Source: an uncultured Gammaproteobacteria bacterium
Lineage (GTDB): Bacteria; Patescibacteriota; Patescibacteriia; UBA10025; JAHIVO01
Length of the DNA: 64,000 nt
Reading direction: 5' to 3'
Assembly: GCA_964415025.1 (NCBI GenBank)
Contig: CAYPXF010000006.1
Location: 58 to 64,057, forward strand
Position 1 is the first letter of the stretch, and the number at the start of each line of letters is the position of its first letter. The position numbers were made by a program, and so were the translations under genes. Under the pieces are notes generated by a model. It saw nothing but the letters and a program-made list of their open reading frames with translations. It made no database searches and had not been told where the DNA came from. Positions 19,036 through 28,824 of the stretch are shown here, piece after piece.

Positions 19036-19344
19036 TTTTCCTCCTTTATGTTGTTATTAAAAAAAGCATCCACATTTCTGCCTCCAAGCGCAAGGCAATA
19101 CAGTATAAAACTGCATAACCTTAACTTGTGGCTAATAACAGAGCTTAGGAGGGGTTGCTCTGTATTCACCGCTTGGTAGGCAGAAAACTAGATGCTTTTG
19201 TGTCAAAAATCCGTGGCTCTTGATTTTTTAAAAAACTAATGCAATACTACATACTAGCAGACCTTAAATACGCTGTCAAGACCTGGCGCTTTATGCGCGC
19301 CGGAATTTGGCTAATTTAAGTAATTTTTATATTAAATAATTAAA

Positions 19345-22300
19345 GTGAAACAGCATAATACTGTTGAGGATACGGGCGCACGGCTCTCGGCTATTGTATC
19401 CCAGCTCTCGACCAGCAGGTCAGTAGCACTAACCGGACTGCCCCACCCTACGAGTGAAGCGTTTTTTATTACTACCTTGCCGGCCATACAGGATCGGGTT
19501 GTCTTTTGGTTACTGAAGGGCGAAGATATTGTCCGGATGCAACGTTTGCTGATCCAGTGGCACACTATCCATAAAATTGCCAGGCCAATATGGCTGCTCG
19601 AAGAAATTAATCCGCTTCGCGCCATGCGCTTGGCACAGAAAAAACCGCAGATTATTCTGGTCGATGTCAGCCGTATGGGTGATAAAATTCCGTCCCTGGC
19701 AAACGGTAATACTAACAAGCTCACTATCAATGTTAATCAGCAGTGGACTCCGTCGCAGCTGTCACAAAAATGCATCTCGCTCGGATATGAATTTACCAGC
19801 CATGCCAGCCAGCCTGGATATTTTGCCCGGCACGGCGGTATTGTAGAAATCTATCCTATCAACACTGACAAACCGTATCGAATCGAGTTTGAGGATAATG
19901 ACTTGCGTACGATCACCGCCTTTGACCCTGTGTCCAAACGAGCTGTTGCTGAAACACAGGAGCTGACACTGGTAGCGCAAAAATTCAGCCAGGCCACGAG
20001 CCGCACTGATATAGTCGGCTATTGGCAGTCGCTGGATAACCCTCTCATCATCCACCATGAAAATGAAGAGATAAAAGAAGCCCAGCCAGAGTGGAAAAAG
20101 TATGTCCGGCAGCTAGAGCAGTACCAGCGAATCATCATCCATGATTTTGACAAACAGGCGCATACTATTGCTATGGCCAGCGCTCCTTTTTACCGTCAGG
20201 ATTTCAATGCCCTAGTCGAAGAGATGAAGAAAAAAGCAAAAGCCGGATGGCAGCTGGCTATTGCCACCAAACAGCAGAAAAAAATTGAACAGCTACTGAA
20301 AGAAAAAAAAGCCGGCTCCCTGGAAATTAATTTTTGGGAGTTTATACATTATTTCGAGGGTTTTTTGTACCGGCCAGAAAAACTCCTCTTCCTTACGGAC
20401 CGCGAAATATTCGGGGAGGACGCCATTCGTGATGAAGCGCCGCGGCACCAAGTTGATCAGGCGTTTATTATGGGATTAAAATCAGGCGATTATGTGGTCC
20501 ACCTAGACCATGGCATCGGACGATTCATAAAAATGACAACCAACGAGGTTGAGGGCGTTATCAAAGAATACTTTGTCCTGCAGTACGCCGAGGGAGACAA
20601 ACTCTATGTCCCCGTAGAGACAGCTGATAAAATCTCCAAATACATCGGCATTGCCCATCCAAAACTACACCGCCTGTCCGGCAGCCAGTGGTATCAGCTG
20701 ACTCGTAAGGTAAAGCAGGAAGCAAAGCTCCTGGCCCATGAACTGTTGAAAATATACGCCCGCCGGGAGATGATCCGGGTCAAACCTTTTGCTAAAGATA
20801 CTGCCGAAGAAAAAGAGCTCGCCAAAACATTTCCTTACCAGGAAACGCCTGACCAGGCCAAGGCTATTAACGCGGTCAAAGCAGACCTGCAAAAAGAAAC
20901 CCCCATGGATCGGCTCATCTGCGGTGATGTCGGCTTTGGCAAGACCGAGGTAGCGGTTCGCGCTACACTCAAGGCAGTCATGAATAAAAAACAAGTTGCC
21001 CTGCTGTCGCCGACCACGATCCTCACCCAGCAGCACTATGATACGTTTAAAGAACGGCTCAAAAAGTTTTCTGTCACTATCGGTATTTTATCCAGGTTTG
21101 AAAGTGATAAAGAGCAGGAGGCGGTCCTAGACCAGCTCAAGAGCGGCACTGTCGATATTGTCATCGGCACGCACCGTTTACTGTCAGCGGATGTGACCTT
21201 CCGCAATCTAGGATTAATCATCATTGACGAGGAACAGCGCTTCGGGGTGAAGGCAAAAGAACGTCTCAAAAAAATGCGTACCCAGGCGCACGTGCTGACT
21301 ATGACCGCCACACCGATCCCGCGTACCCTGAATATCGCCCTGTCAGGAGTACGTGACGTCAGTATTATTGAAACACCTCCCGAAGGCCGGCTGCCGATCG
21401 TTACCGAGATAGAACCATATTCAGAAAAACAGATAGCAACGGCCATCACCGAGGAATTAGCTCGAGATGGGCAGATATACTATTTGCATAATAAGGTAGA
21501 GACCATCCAGCTGGCCGCCAAAAAAATACAGGAATTAGTACCTGAAGCGCGGATCGGCATTGCCCACGGTCGCCTCCCGGAAAAAAACCTAGCAAAAGCC
21601 ATGAATGACTTCGATACGAAAAAGACCAACGTGTTAGCGTGTTCAACAATTATTGAAAACGGCCTGGACCTGCCTAACGTGAACACCATGATCGTGGATC
21701 ATGCCACCGACTTTGGTCTGGCCCAGTTGTATCAGCTGCGCGGCCGGATTGGCCGGGGCAAACGGCAGGCCTATGCATATTTCCTGTATCACCGCAAAAA
21801 ATTAAAAGGCAACGCCAAAAAACGGCTCCAGGCGCTGATGGAGGCCAAAAAACTGGGCAGCGGATTCCAGCTGGCGCTACGGGATCTAGAAATCCGAGGT
21901 GCGGGCAATATTCTCGGCAAAGAACAGCACGGTAAAGTATCGGCTATTGGCCTTTCCCTATATACCCGACTGTTGGCCCAGGCAATCGAGGAATTAAAAT
22001 ACGGCAAAGTACAGGAACCGATCCGTGACATAATCATCGACCTGCCACTAGAAGCCTATATACCGACGAACTATTTACCAGAAGAAGAACGCCTCGCCCT
22101 GTATCAAAAACTGGCCGGTATAGTGACCATGGATGAACTCAATAAGCTCAAGCAAAAAATCTACCGCGCCCGGACAAAGGAAGACCAGCGTCATATTCCG
22201 CAGGAACTACTGAATCTCTTCGAAGTGCTGGAAGTCCGCCTGCTGGCCCAAAAAACAGATATATCCAACATTGACACCTCCCTGATCACTGATGAGTCAG

Positions 22301-22506
22301 GCAACCGAAAACGCCGGTTAATTATCAAATTCCTATTCCCGCTCAAACCAGAACAGCTGGCGCGTTTACTGCAAAAAAATCCCGAATGGCAGTTTAGTGA
22401 TGACCTAATCAAAATCGATCTGGCCAAGCTCGGCGACAATTGGCTGCCAGAGCTGAAAAAAATACTTGCTATTTTCTCCAACAATACTAAGAAAAAAACT
22501 GCGTAA
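19345..22506 (+). CDS. mfd: transcription-repair coupling factor Mfd
   Basis: Superfamily-2 helicase motifs (GDVGFGKTEVA, DEEQRFGV, translocation domain, TRG-like region) and UvrB-homology N-terminal region. The ORF-track start is GTG at 19345; the true start may be a downstream ATG. Confidence 0.85.
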   Translation: MKQHNTVEDTGARLSAIVSQLSTSRSVALTGLPHPTSEAFFITTLPAIQDRVVFWLLKGEDIVRMQRLLIQWHTIHKIARPIWLLEEINPLRAMRLAQKKPQIILVDVSRMGDKIPSLANGNTNKLTINVNQQWTPSQLSQKCISLGYEFTSHASQPGYFARHGGIVEIYPINTDKPYRIEFEDNDLRTITAFDPVSKRAVAETQELTLVAQKFSQATSRTDIVGYWQSLDNPLIIHHENEEIKEAQPEWKKYVRQLEQYQRIIIHDFDKQAHTIAMASAPFYRQDFNALVEEMKKKAKAGWQLAIATKQQKKIEQLLKEKKAGSLEINFWEFIHYFEGFLYRPEKLLFLTDREIFGEDAIRDEAPRHQVDQAFIMGLKSGDYVVHLDHGIGRFIKMTTNEVEGVIKEYFVLQYAEGDKLYVPVETADKISKYIGIAHPKLHRLSGSQWYQLTRKVKQEAKLLAHELLKIYARREMIRVKPFAKDTAEEKELAKTFPYQETPDQAKAINAVKADLQKETPMDRLICGDVGFGKTEVAVRATLKAVMNKKQVALLSPTTILTQQHYDTFKERLKKFSVTIGILSRFESDKEQEAVLDQLKSGTVDIVIGTHRLLSADVTFRNLGLIIIDEEQRFGVKAKERLKKMRTQAHVLTMTATPIPRTLNIALSGVRDVSIIETPPEGRLPIVTEIEPYSEKQIATAITEELARDGQIYYLHNKVETIQLAAKKIQELVPEARIGIAHGRLPEKNLAKAMNDFDTKKTNVLACSTIIENGLDLPNVNTMIVDHATDFGLAQLYQLRGRIGRGKRQAYAYFLYHRKKLKGNAKKRLQALMEAKKLGSGFQLALRDLEIRGAGNILGKEQHGKVSAIGLSLYTRLLAQAIEELKYGKVQEPIRDIIIDLPLEAYIPTNYLPEEERLALYQKLAGIVTMDELNKLKQKIYRARTKEDQRHIPQELLNLFEVLEVRLLAQKTDISNIDTSLITDESGNRKRRLIIKFLFPLKPEQLARLLQKNPEWQFSDDLIKIDLAKLGDNWLPELKKILAIFSNNTKKKTA

Positions 22507-22771
22507 CACCTGGCTCGCGGTTTTTTATATTTGGCAAGCTGCCAGCAGACCAAAACCAGAGATAATAACAATTACCAACACGACCAGAATATAACGGCAA
22601 AAATTGACAACGGGTATGTTCCTTCCTTTAATATATGAAAAACTTCTGCCCATAATACCATAGCAGCATAAAATTAGTTACTTGCTTGCCTGCGATCAGC
22701 TGTGATATACTGGATCAATCATAACCTTCCCCCCCCCTATCCCGGGAAGGTATTATTTTTATATATTGCAT

Positions 22772-23866
22772 ATGAATCAAACAAATGATCTCAAATACTG
22801 GATAGCTTTTTCTTATATCCAGCCGATTGGTGCACTGGCCATGAAGCTGTTGCGTGCGTATTTTCCTGATATGCGCTCTGCGTGGCAGGCAGACCAATAC
22901 GAGCTGTTACGCGCTGGCCTGCCACCGCATAGCGCGGCTCATATCCTGCACGGTAAAAAAGCGATTAACCCTGATGCTACGTATGCCACTGTACAGCAGC
23001 ACCGGCTGGCCGCGATTACGATAAATAACCCTGCCTATCCAGCACCGCTCCGCGAACTGCATGATCCGCCGGCAACACTCTATGTACGGGGACAGCTACC
23101 GACAGACTGGCGATACGCCCTAGCCGTGGTCGGTACGCGCAAGACATCGCTCTACGGCCGGCGGATTACCAGCCAGCTGGTTGAGCCCTTGGCGCAGGCC
23201 GGACTGATTATTATTTCTGGTTTGGCGCTGGGTATTGACGCGCTGTCGCACCAATCCGCGCTTAGTGTCAACGGAACAACTGTCGGCGTACTGGCCAGCG
23301 GCTTGGACACTATCTATCCCCGGTCAAATAATGCGCTCGGAGAATCGATCATCGCACGGGGCGGCGCGTTAGTGTCAGAATATCCGCCCGGTATTCCGCC
23401 ATCCAAACGCCGATTTCCTGTGAGAAACCGCATTATTGCGGGCCTGTCACGCGCCGTCCTCGTCATCGAGGGAGCAACTGATTCAGGCTCACTGATTACC
23501 GCTCGCTGTGGGCTGGATCAAAACCGGGACGTGTTTGCCGTACCGGGTAATATCTGTAATGCCACGGCCGCCGGACCGAATTACCTCATCCAAATGGGCG
23601 CTTATCCGGTGACCAGCCCTGACCAAATACTGGAACAGCTTGACGCAATCTCGCTCAAGCAGTATAAAGAAAACAAAAAAATAATTCCGGATACTCCAGA
23701 AGAGCAAACGTTAATTACATATTTTACCGGAGAACCGGTCCATATTGACGAAATTATGCAAACCTGTAAACTAAAAGCCAGTATTATAAACGCCACGCTG
23801 GTGACGATGGAAATGAAAGGACTCGTTCGTCACTGTGGCGCGGGACGTTATATTCTCAATAAATAA
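22772..23866 (+). CDS. dprA: DNA processing protein DprA (Rossmann-fold SMF domain)
   Basis: DprA core (AVVGTRKTSLYG, GLALGIDA, VIEGA..SGSLITA). Started at the first ATG; the ORF-track start at 22766 is TTG. Confidence 0.85.
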   Translation: MNQTNDLKYWIAFSYIQPIGALAMKLLRAYFPDMRSAWQADQYELLRAGLPPHSAAHILHGKKAINPDATYATVQQHRLAAITINNPAYPAPLRELHDPPATLYVRGQLPTDWRYALAVVGTRKTSLYGRRITSQLVEPLAQAGLIIISGLALGIDALSHQSALSVNGTTVGVLASGLDTIYPRSNNALGESIIARGGALVSEYPPGIPPSKRRFPVRNRIIAGLSRAVLVIEGATDSGSLITARCGLDQNRDVFAVPGNICNATAAGPNYLIQMGAYPVTSPDQILEQLDAISLKQYKENKKIIPDTPEEQTLITYFTGEPVHIDEIMQTCKLKASIINATLVTMEMKGLVRHCGAGRYILNK

Positions 23867-23874
23867 TCGGAGCA

Positions 23875-26328
23875 ATGGCAAAAGAATTAATTATTGTCGA
23901 ATCACCGACCAAAGCAAAAACTATCTCGCGTTTTCTCGGCAAACAATATAATATCCAGGCGTCGTTCGGCCACCTGCGTGATTTGCCAAAATCGAAAATG
24001 GGCATCGACATAGAGCATAATTTTCAGCCGCAGTACGTCGTCCCAAAAACAAACCAAAAGACTGTTGCCAAGCTGAAAGAACTAGCCGCTAAATCAGATA
24101 CTATTTATTTCGCTACTGACGAAGATCGCGAGGGAGAGGCAATCGCTTGGCATCTGCTTGAAGCGTTTAAAGAAGCTAAGGGCGCGAAAAAGTTAACGCC
24201 GACCGAGCTAGATAAAAAAGTGAAGCGCATCGTCTTCCACGAGATTACCGAAGAGGCTATTAAAGACGCTCTGGAGGAGCCGCGAGATATTGACGATAAT
24301 CTGGTGGACGCCCAGCAGGCCAGGCGGATTTTGGACCGTTTGGTTGGCTATGAATTGTCTCCCTTTCTCTGGAAAAAAGTAGCACGCGGCCTATCAGCCG
24401 GGCGTGTGCAGTCTGTGGCGGTACGACTGATCGTGGAGCAGGAACGTGAAATTGAAGCATTCAAACCAGAGGAGTACTGGAGCATAGAGGGCGAATTTGC
24501 CAAACAGCGAGATGAGACCAGCCCATTCCCGGCCAAACTAACAAAAGTAAACGGTACATCACTGGATAAAATGGCTATCAAAAATAAAGGGCAGGCGCAG
24601 GAAATCATGGATAAACTGGATAAAGCTACTTATAGTATTGCCGATATCCAGCGCAAGGAGACGAAAAAAAATCCACCCACTCCGTTCACTACTTCGACAC
24701 TACAGCAAGAGGGGAACAGAAAACTGGGTTTTTCTGCGCGCCAAACCATGTACCTCGCCCAGCAGCTGTATGAGGGCGTAGACCTCGGTGAGGGATCAGT
24801 TGGTCTGATCACCTATATGCGTACTGATTCCATGAATCTGGCCCAGAAGTTCCTGAATGAAGCACGCGCCTACATCGGCACATCCTACGGCAACAAATAC
24901 CAGCTGGACAAACCGCGAGTATTTAAGAAAAAGTCAAAGCTAGCCCAGGAAGCGCACGAGGCCATCCGTCCGACTGACGTGACCCGGACACCCGAAAGTA
25001 TTGCCAAAAAACTTGATCCCAAACAGCTCAAGCTCTACACCCTGATCTGGCAGCGGACAGTCGCCTGCCAAATGCCGGCAGCTGTCATGGACAACGTCAG
25101 CGTATATATTAATGAGCAGACAAATACCTATACGTTCCGGGCCGGCGGCAGTACGGTCAAGTTCGACGGATTTATGCGTGTCTATAATACTGTCAAAGAA
25201 ACCATTCTCCCGCCGCTCAAAAAGGGAGAAGACATGGATGCGAAAAATATCGAACCACTCCAGCACTTCACCGAGCCGCCAGCCCGGTATTCAGAAGCCG
25301 GCCTGGTCAGAGCGCTCGAAGAGCGCGAAATTGGTCGGCCATCGACCTACGCACCGACCATTGCCACGATTATCGAGCGTCGGTATGTGGAAAAGGACAA
25401 CAAGCGCCTGGCCCCGACTGAAATAGGAACACTGGTCAATGACGTACTGGTCGAACATTTTCCCACGATTGTTGATTACGAATTTACCGCCCATTTGGAA
25501 GACAGCCTGGATGAAATTGCCCAGGGTGATAAAGAATGGGTACCGGTGATCAGGGATTTTTATGAACCATTTAAGAAAAATTTAGATAAAAAACAGGAAG
25601 AAGTGCATAAAAAAGACCTAACCGAGGAAGCGAGTGATGAGGTGTGCGAAAAATGCGGCAAATCCATGGTTATCAAAATAGGCCGGTTCGGCAAGTTCCT
25701 GGCCTGCACTGGATATCCTGATTGTAAAAATACGATTGATTTAAATAAGGACGGTACAAAAAACAATCAGCCTGACGCTCGAGAATTAGGCGAGCATCCA
25801 GAGGAGAAAAAACCGATCTATCTGAAAGTCGGCCGCTTTGGCGCATATCTACAGTTGGGTGCTAAGGAAAAAGGCAAAAAACCGCGCACTGCTTCCCTCC
25901 TGCCCGGCATGGAGGCGGGCACACTCACACTAGAACAAGCTATCAAGCTATTTGAGCTGCCGCGTACTGTAGGCACGGCAAAAGACGGTGAAGAAATTAA
26001 GGCAGCAAACGGCAGGTATGGCCCATATATAAAAGCTGGCTCTGAAACGCGCAGCCTGCCTGACGATATCTCGCCGCTCGAGATCACTGAAAAACAGGCC
26101 CGCGATCTATTAGCTCAACCAAAAGGCAAGGGCCGCAAACGCGGTAAGCAAGCGCTCAAAGAACTGGGCAAAGATCCAGACGGTAACGCTATCAAAATCA
26201 TGAATGGCCGCTACGGCCCGTATGTTACTGACGGCAAAGTCAATGCCTCTATTCCCCGCGGGCAGAACCCGCACAGTATAACGCTCGATGAGGCTGTTTC
26301 TCTGATTTCAGACAAACGGGACAAATAA
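23875..26328 (+). CDS. topA: DNA topoisomerase I (type IA) with C-terminal Zn-ribbon and Lys-rich tail
   Basis: TOPRIM N-terminus (LIIVESPTKAKTI), type IA core with active-site Tyr region, CxxC..CxxC ribbon, and KR-rich C-terminal repeats. Confidence 0.9.
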   Translation: MAKELIIVESPTKAKTISRFLGKQYNIQASFGHLRDLPKSKMGIDIEHNFQPQYVVPKTNQKTVAKLKELAAKSDTIYFATDEDREGEAIAWHLLEAFKEAKGAKKLTPTELDKKVKRIVFHEITEEAIKDALEEPRDIDDNLVDAQQARRILDRLVGYELSPFLWKKVARGLSAGRVQSVAVRLIVEQEREIEAFKPEEYWSIEGEFAKQRDETSPFPAKLTKVNGTSLDKMAIKNKGQAQEIMDKLDKATYSIADIQRKETKKNPPTPFTTSTLQQEGNRKLGFSARQTMYLAQQLYEGVDLGEGSVGLITYMRTDSMNLAQKFLNEARAYIGTSYGNKYQLDKPRVFKKKSKLAQEAHEAIRPTDVTRTPESIAKKLDPKQLKLYTLIWQRTVACQMPAAVMDNVSVYINEQTNTYTFRAGGSTVKFDGFMRVYNTVKETILPPLKKGEDMDAKNIEPLQHFTEPPARYSEAGLVRALEEREIGRPSTYAPTIATIIERRYVEKDNKRLAPTEIGTLVNDVLVEHFPTIVDYEFTAHLEDSLDEIAQGDKEWVPVIRDFYEPFKKNLDKKQEEVHKKDLTEEASDEVCEKCGKSMVIKIGRFGKFLACTGYPDCKNTIDLNKDGTKNNQPDARELGEHPEEKKPIYLKVGRFGAYLQLGAKEKGKKPRTASLLPGMEAGTLTLEQAIKLFELPRTVGTAKDGEEIKAANGRYGPYIKAGSETRSLPDDISPLEITEKQARDLLAQPKGKGRKRGKQALKELGKDPDGNAIKIMNGRYGPYVTDGKVNASIPRGQNPHSITLDEAVSLISDKRDK

Positions 26329-26329
26329 C

Positions 26330-28759
26330 ATGGCTTTCGCGTCACCCTACCAGGATGAGCACGCGCCAAAACCACAAGCCTGGCATATACAGCCTCGCTT
26401 TGTTTACGTCGCCGTTTTTCTGTCTGGGTTGGCGGCGCTGCTCTATGAATTACTATGGGTGCGCATACTACATATCATGTTTGGTGTCAGCAGTTTTTCT
26501 GTAGCCACAGTATTTGGTGTATTTCTTCTGGGTATTGGCATCGGCAGTGTCCTGTTCGGTAAAAAATCAGAGACCTCGGAAAATCCGCTCAAGCTGTATG
26601 CCTGGATTGAGATTGGTATCGCCGTCGTGTCCAGCATCGCTTTTATAATCGCGTATCATACTCCGGTACTCGATACTGTGTTATCTTTTACCTATAATAA
26701 CTTTTCTTTTTATCTCCAGTCACTGGCGAGGCTGGTTGTGACGGCTGTTATCCTCTTACCGCCAACAATCGCTATGGGCGGCACTATTCCAGTCATAAGC
26801 AAATATTTTATCCGCCATGAGAGGACACTGGGATCTCGGTTCAGTACTCTGTACTACCTTAACACGCTCGGGTCGTTTGCCGGCGCGCTGCTGACTGGAT
26901 TACTGTTAGTCAATATCCTCGGTATTACCTATTCCTGGGCACTGGCTGTGCTGATAAATGGAGTCATAGGAATTGGTATTTTGCTCTGGCATAGTCAGGC
27001 AGATAAAGGCCCCGCGCCCGTACCAATACAAAATCATGAATCGGCCCGGAACAGACCGGTGCGGTCAATGCTATTGGTTCTTTTTTTGACAGGCTTTATT
27101 ACTCTGGCTTTTGAAATTGTGTGGATACGCGTATTGACAAATTTCGGATCAGGCACTACCCTTGCTTCATCACTGATTCTGGGTGGCTTCTTAATCGGTT
27201 TTGTGGTGGGCAGCGTGTATATTGCGCGTATTATTGACCGGCTAAAAAATCTCGCCTGGCACTTATCACTCTACGCTGTGCTGTCCGGTACGGTGGGCGC
27301 TTTTATTCTTTTTGTGTTTGGCAACCTCAATCATTTCCTGGCTCAACAGTTTTTTTCTTATCTGACACTGCTGACTGAAGCATGGATTGGTTTTGCGCTG
27401 TCTTTCATGATTGCTATTGTCTTGGGTACCCTGTTCCCCCTGGCAGTACGTGTCTATGCCGGAAATCAAAAAAGTATCGGCAAAAAAACTGGCATGGCAT
27501 ACATCGCCAACATGATTGGTGCGATTTGCGGCAGTATTTTCACAGGTTTTGTGCTCATTCCCTTTGTCGGTATCAAGCTTTCAGTTATTATACTAGTCAG
27601 CCTCTGTCTGGTGCTGGGGATTATTATTTTTTTCAAAACTGCCCATAAAAAGACTTTGTTGGTTTATGGAGGTACGGCGCTGACTATCACTGCCTGCTTT
27701 GTCGTCTTCAGTGGCAATACGTTTTTCCGCTCTCCGGCTGATGATATTTTGCTATGGTATGAGGAGGGCGTGGCAGCCACGGTCACGGTACATGAATCAT
27801 CAATGGGTACATATACCTACAAATACCTGAATGTAGACAGTCAAACGGTTGCCGGCACCTACCCCACCGGGATTATTGACGCAAAAATACTCGCCCACAT
27901 CCCGATCCTACTCACCGCTTCTCCGCAACGTGTAGCGACTGTCGGCTATGGCACGGGTATCACAACCTATAGCATGTCACTGTATGATGCGGACGTAACT
28001 GCGCTGGAAATAGAACAACAAGTGATTAACGCTGCCATTAGTGAATTTAGTACATATAACCACCGTGCCGATACAAGACAAAACGTGTCGATCGTGATTG
28101 ACGACGCGCGTAACTACCTGCAAATGACTGACGCCCAATACGATACCATCGTGACTGATGTCACAAACTTGAAATACAAGAACAATCCCTATCTCTATAC
28201 CACCGATTATTTCCGCACCATACAGCGGCGCTTGACAAAAACAGGAGTAGCGGCTGCGTGGGTACCGCTCGGGGGGCTATCTGAAAATGATCTTAAAATT
28301 TTAGCCAAGAGTTTCCAGTCCGTATTCCCTCATACCACCATGTGGTACTATGCGTATGAACCGACCGGCTTTCTCGTCTTTGTCGGTACGCCGGAACGGT
28401 TGGTTGTCGATATTGATGCACTTGCTCAAAAAATCAAGCCCGTGGCAAACGATTTGGAGCACATTGGTATAGCCAACGAATATATGGTCGCGGCAATGCT
28501 ACTCCTTGGAGAACGGGATGTCGCTGATTTTGCGGCTGATGCACCGCTGCACACGGATGACCGTCCGATCCTCGAATATACCGATTTAGACGTCTATGCC
28601 ACGGCTAACCCATTGCAAAATTTAGAAGCCTTGGTCTCCACCCAAAAAGAAATTCTCAAACCATATTATTCATTCACTCCTGAACAGGAACAAGACCTTC
28701 TCAATGCACTCGGCACCTCCAGAGCGCTGATCAATCACTACCTGCTTGAACACCAATAA
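26330..28759 (+). CDS. fused MFS-like membrane domain / spermidine-synthase-like (polyamine aminopropyltransferase family) protein
   Basis: Roughly 450 aa of polytopic TM segments followed by a class I SAM-MTase/spermidine-synthase-like domain (VATVGYGTGIT..ALEIEQ..DDARN). Confidence 0.7.
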   Translation: MAFASPYQDEHAPKPQAWHIQPRFVYVAVFLSGLAALLYELLWVRILHIMFGVSSFSVATVFGVFLLGIGIGSVLFGKKSETSENPLKLYAWIEIGIAVVSSIAFIIAYHTPVLDTVLSFTYNNFSFYLQSLARLVVTAVILLPPTIAMGGTIPVISKYFIRHERTLGSRFSTLYYLNTLGSFAGALLTGLLLVNILGITYSWALAVLINGVIGIGILLWHSQADKGPAPVPIQNHESARNRPVRSMLLVLFLTGFITLAFEIVWIRVLTNFGSGTTLASSLILGGFLIGFVVGSVYIARIIDRLKNLAWHLSLYAVLSGTVGAFILFVFGNLNHFLAQQFFSYLTLLTEAWIGFALSFMIAIVLGTLFPLAVRVYAGNQKSIGKKTGMAYIANMIGAICGSIFTGFVLIPFVGIKLSVIILVSLCLVLGIIIFFKTAHKKTLLVYGGTALTITACFVVFSGNTFFRSPADDILLWYEEGVAATVTVHESSMGTYTYKYLNVDSQTVAGTYPTGIIDAKILAHIPILLTASPQRVATVGYGTGITTYSMSLYDADVTALEIEQQVINAAISEFSTYNHRADTRQNVSIVIDDARNYLQMTDAQYDTIVTDVTNLKYKNNPYLYTTDYFRTIQRRLTKTGVAAAWVPLGGLSENDLKILAKSFQSVFPHTTMWYYAYEPTGFLVFVGTPERLVVDIDALAQKIKPVANDLEHIGIANEYMVAAMLLLGERDVADFAADAPLHTDDRPILEYTDLDVYATANPLQNLEALVSTQKEILKPYYSFTPEQEQDLLNALGTSRALINHYLLEHQ

Positions 28760-28782
28760 GCTATTGTTATTGATATAAAAAT

Positions 28783-28805
28783 CCCAGCTGCGTATTACAG
28801 CTGGG
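28783..28805. terminator. bidirectional intrinsic terminator between convergent genes (8-bp stem CCCAGCTG/CAGCTGGG)
   Basis: Seen directly. A/T runs on both sides. Confidence 0.65.
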
Positions 28806-28824
28806 AATTGTAATTATGTCAAGG

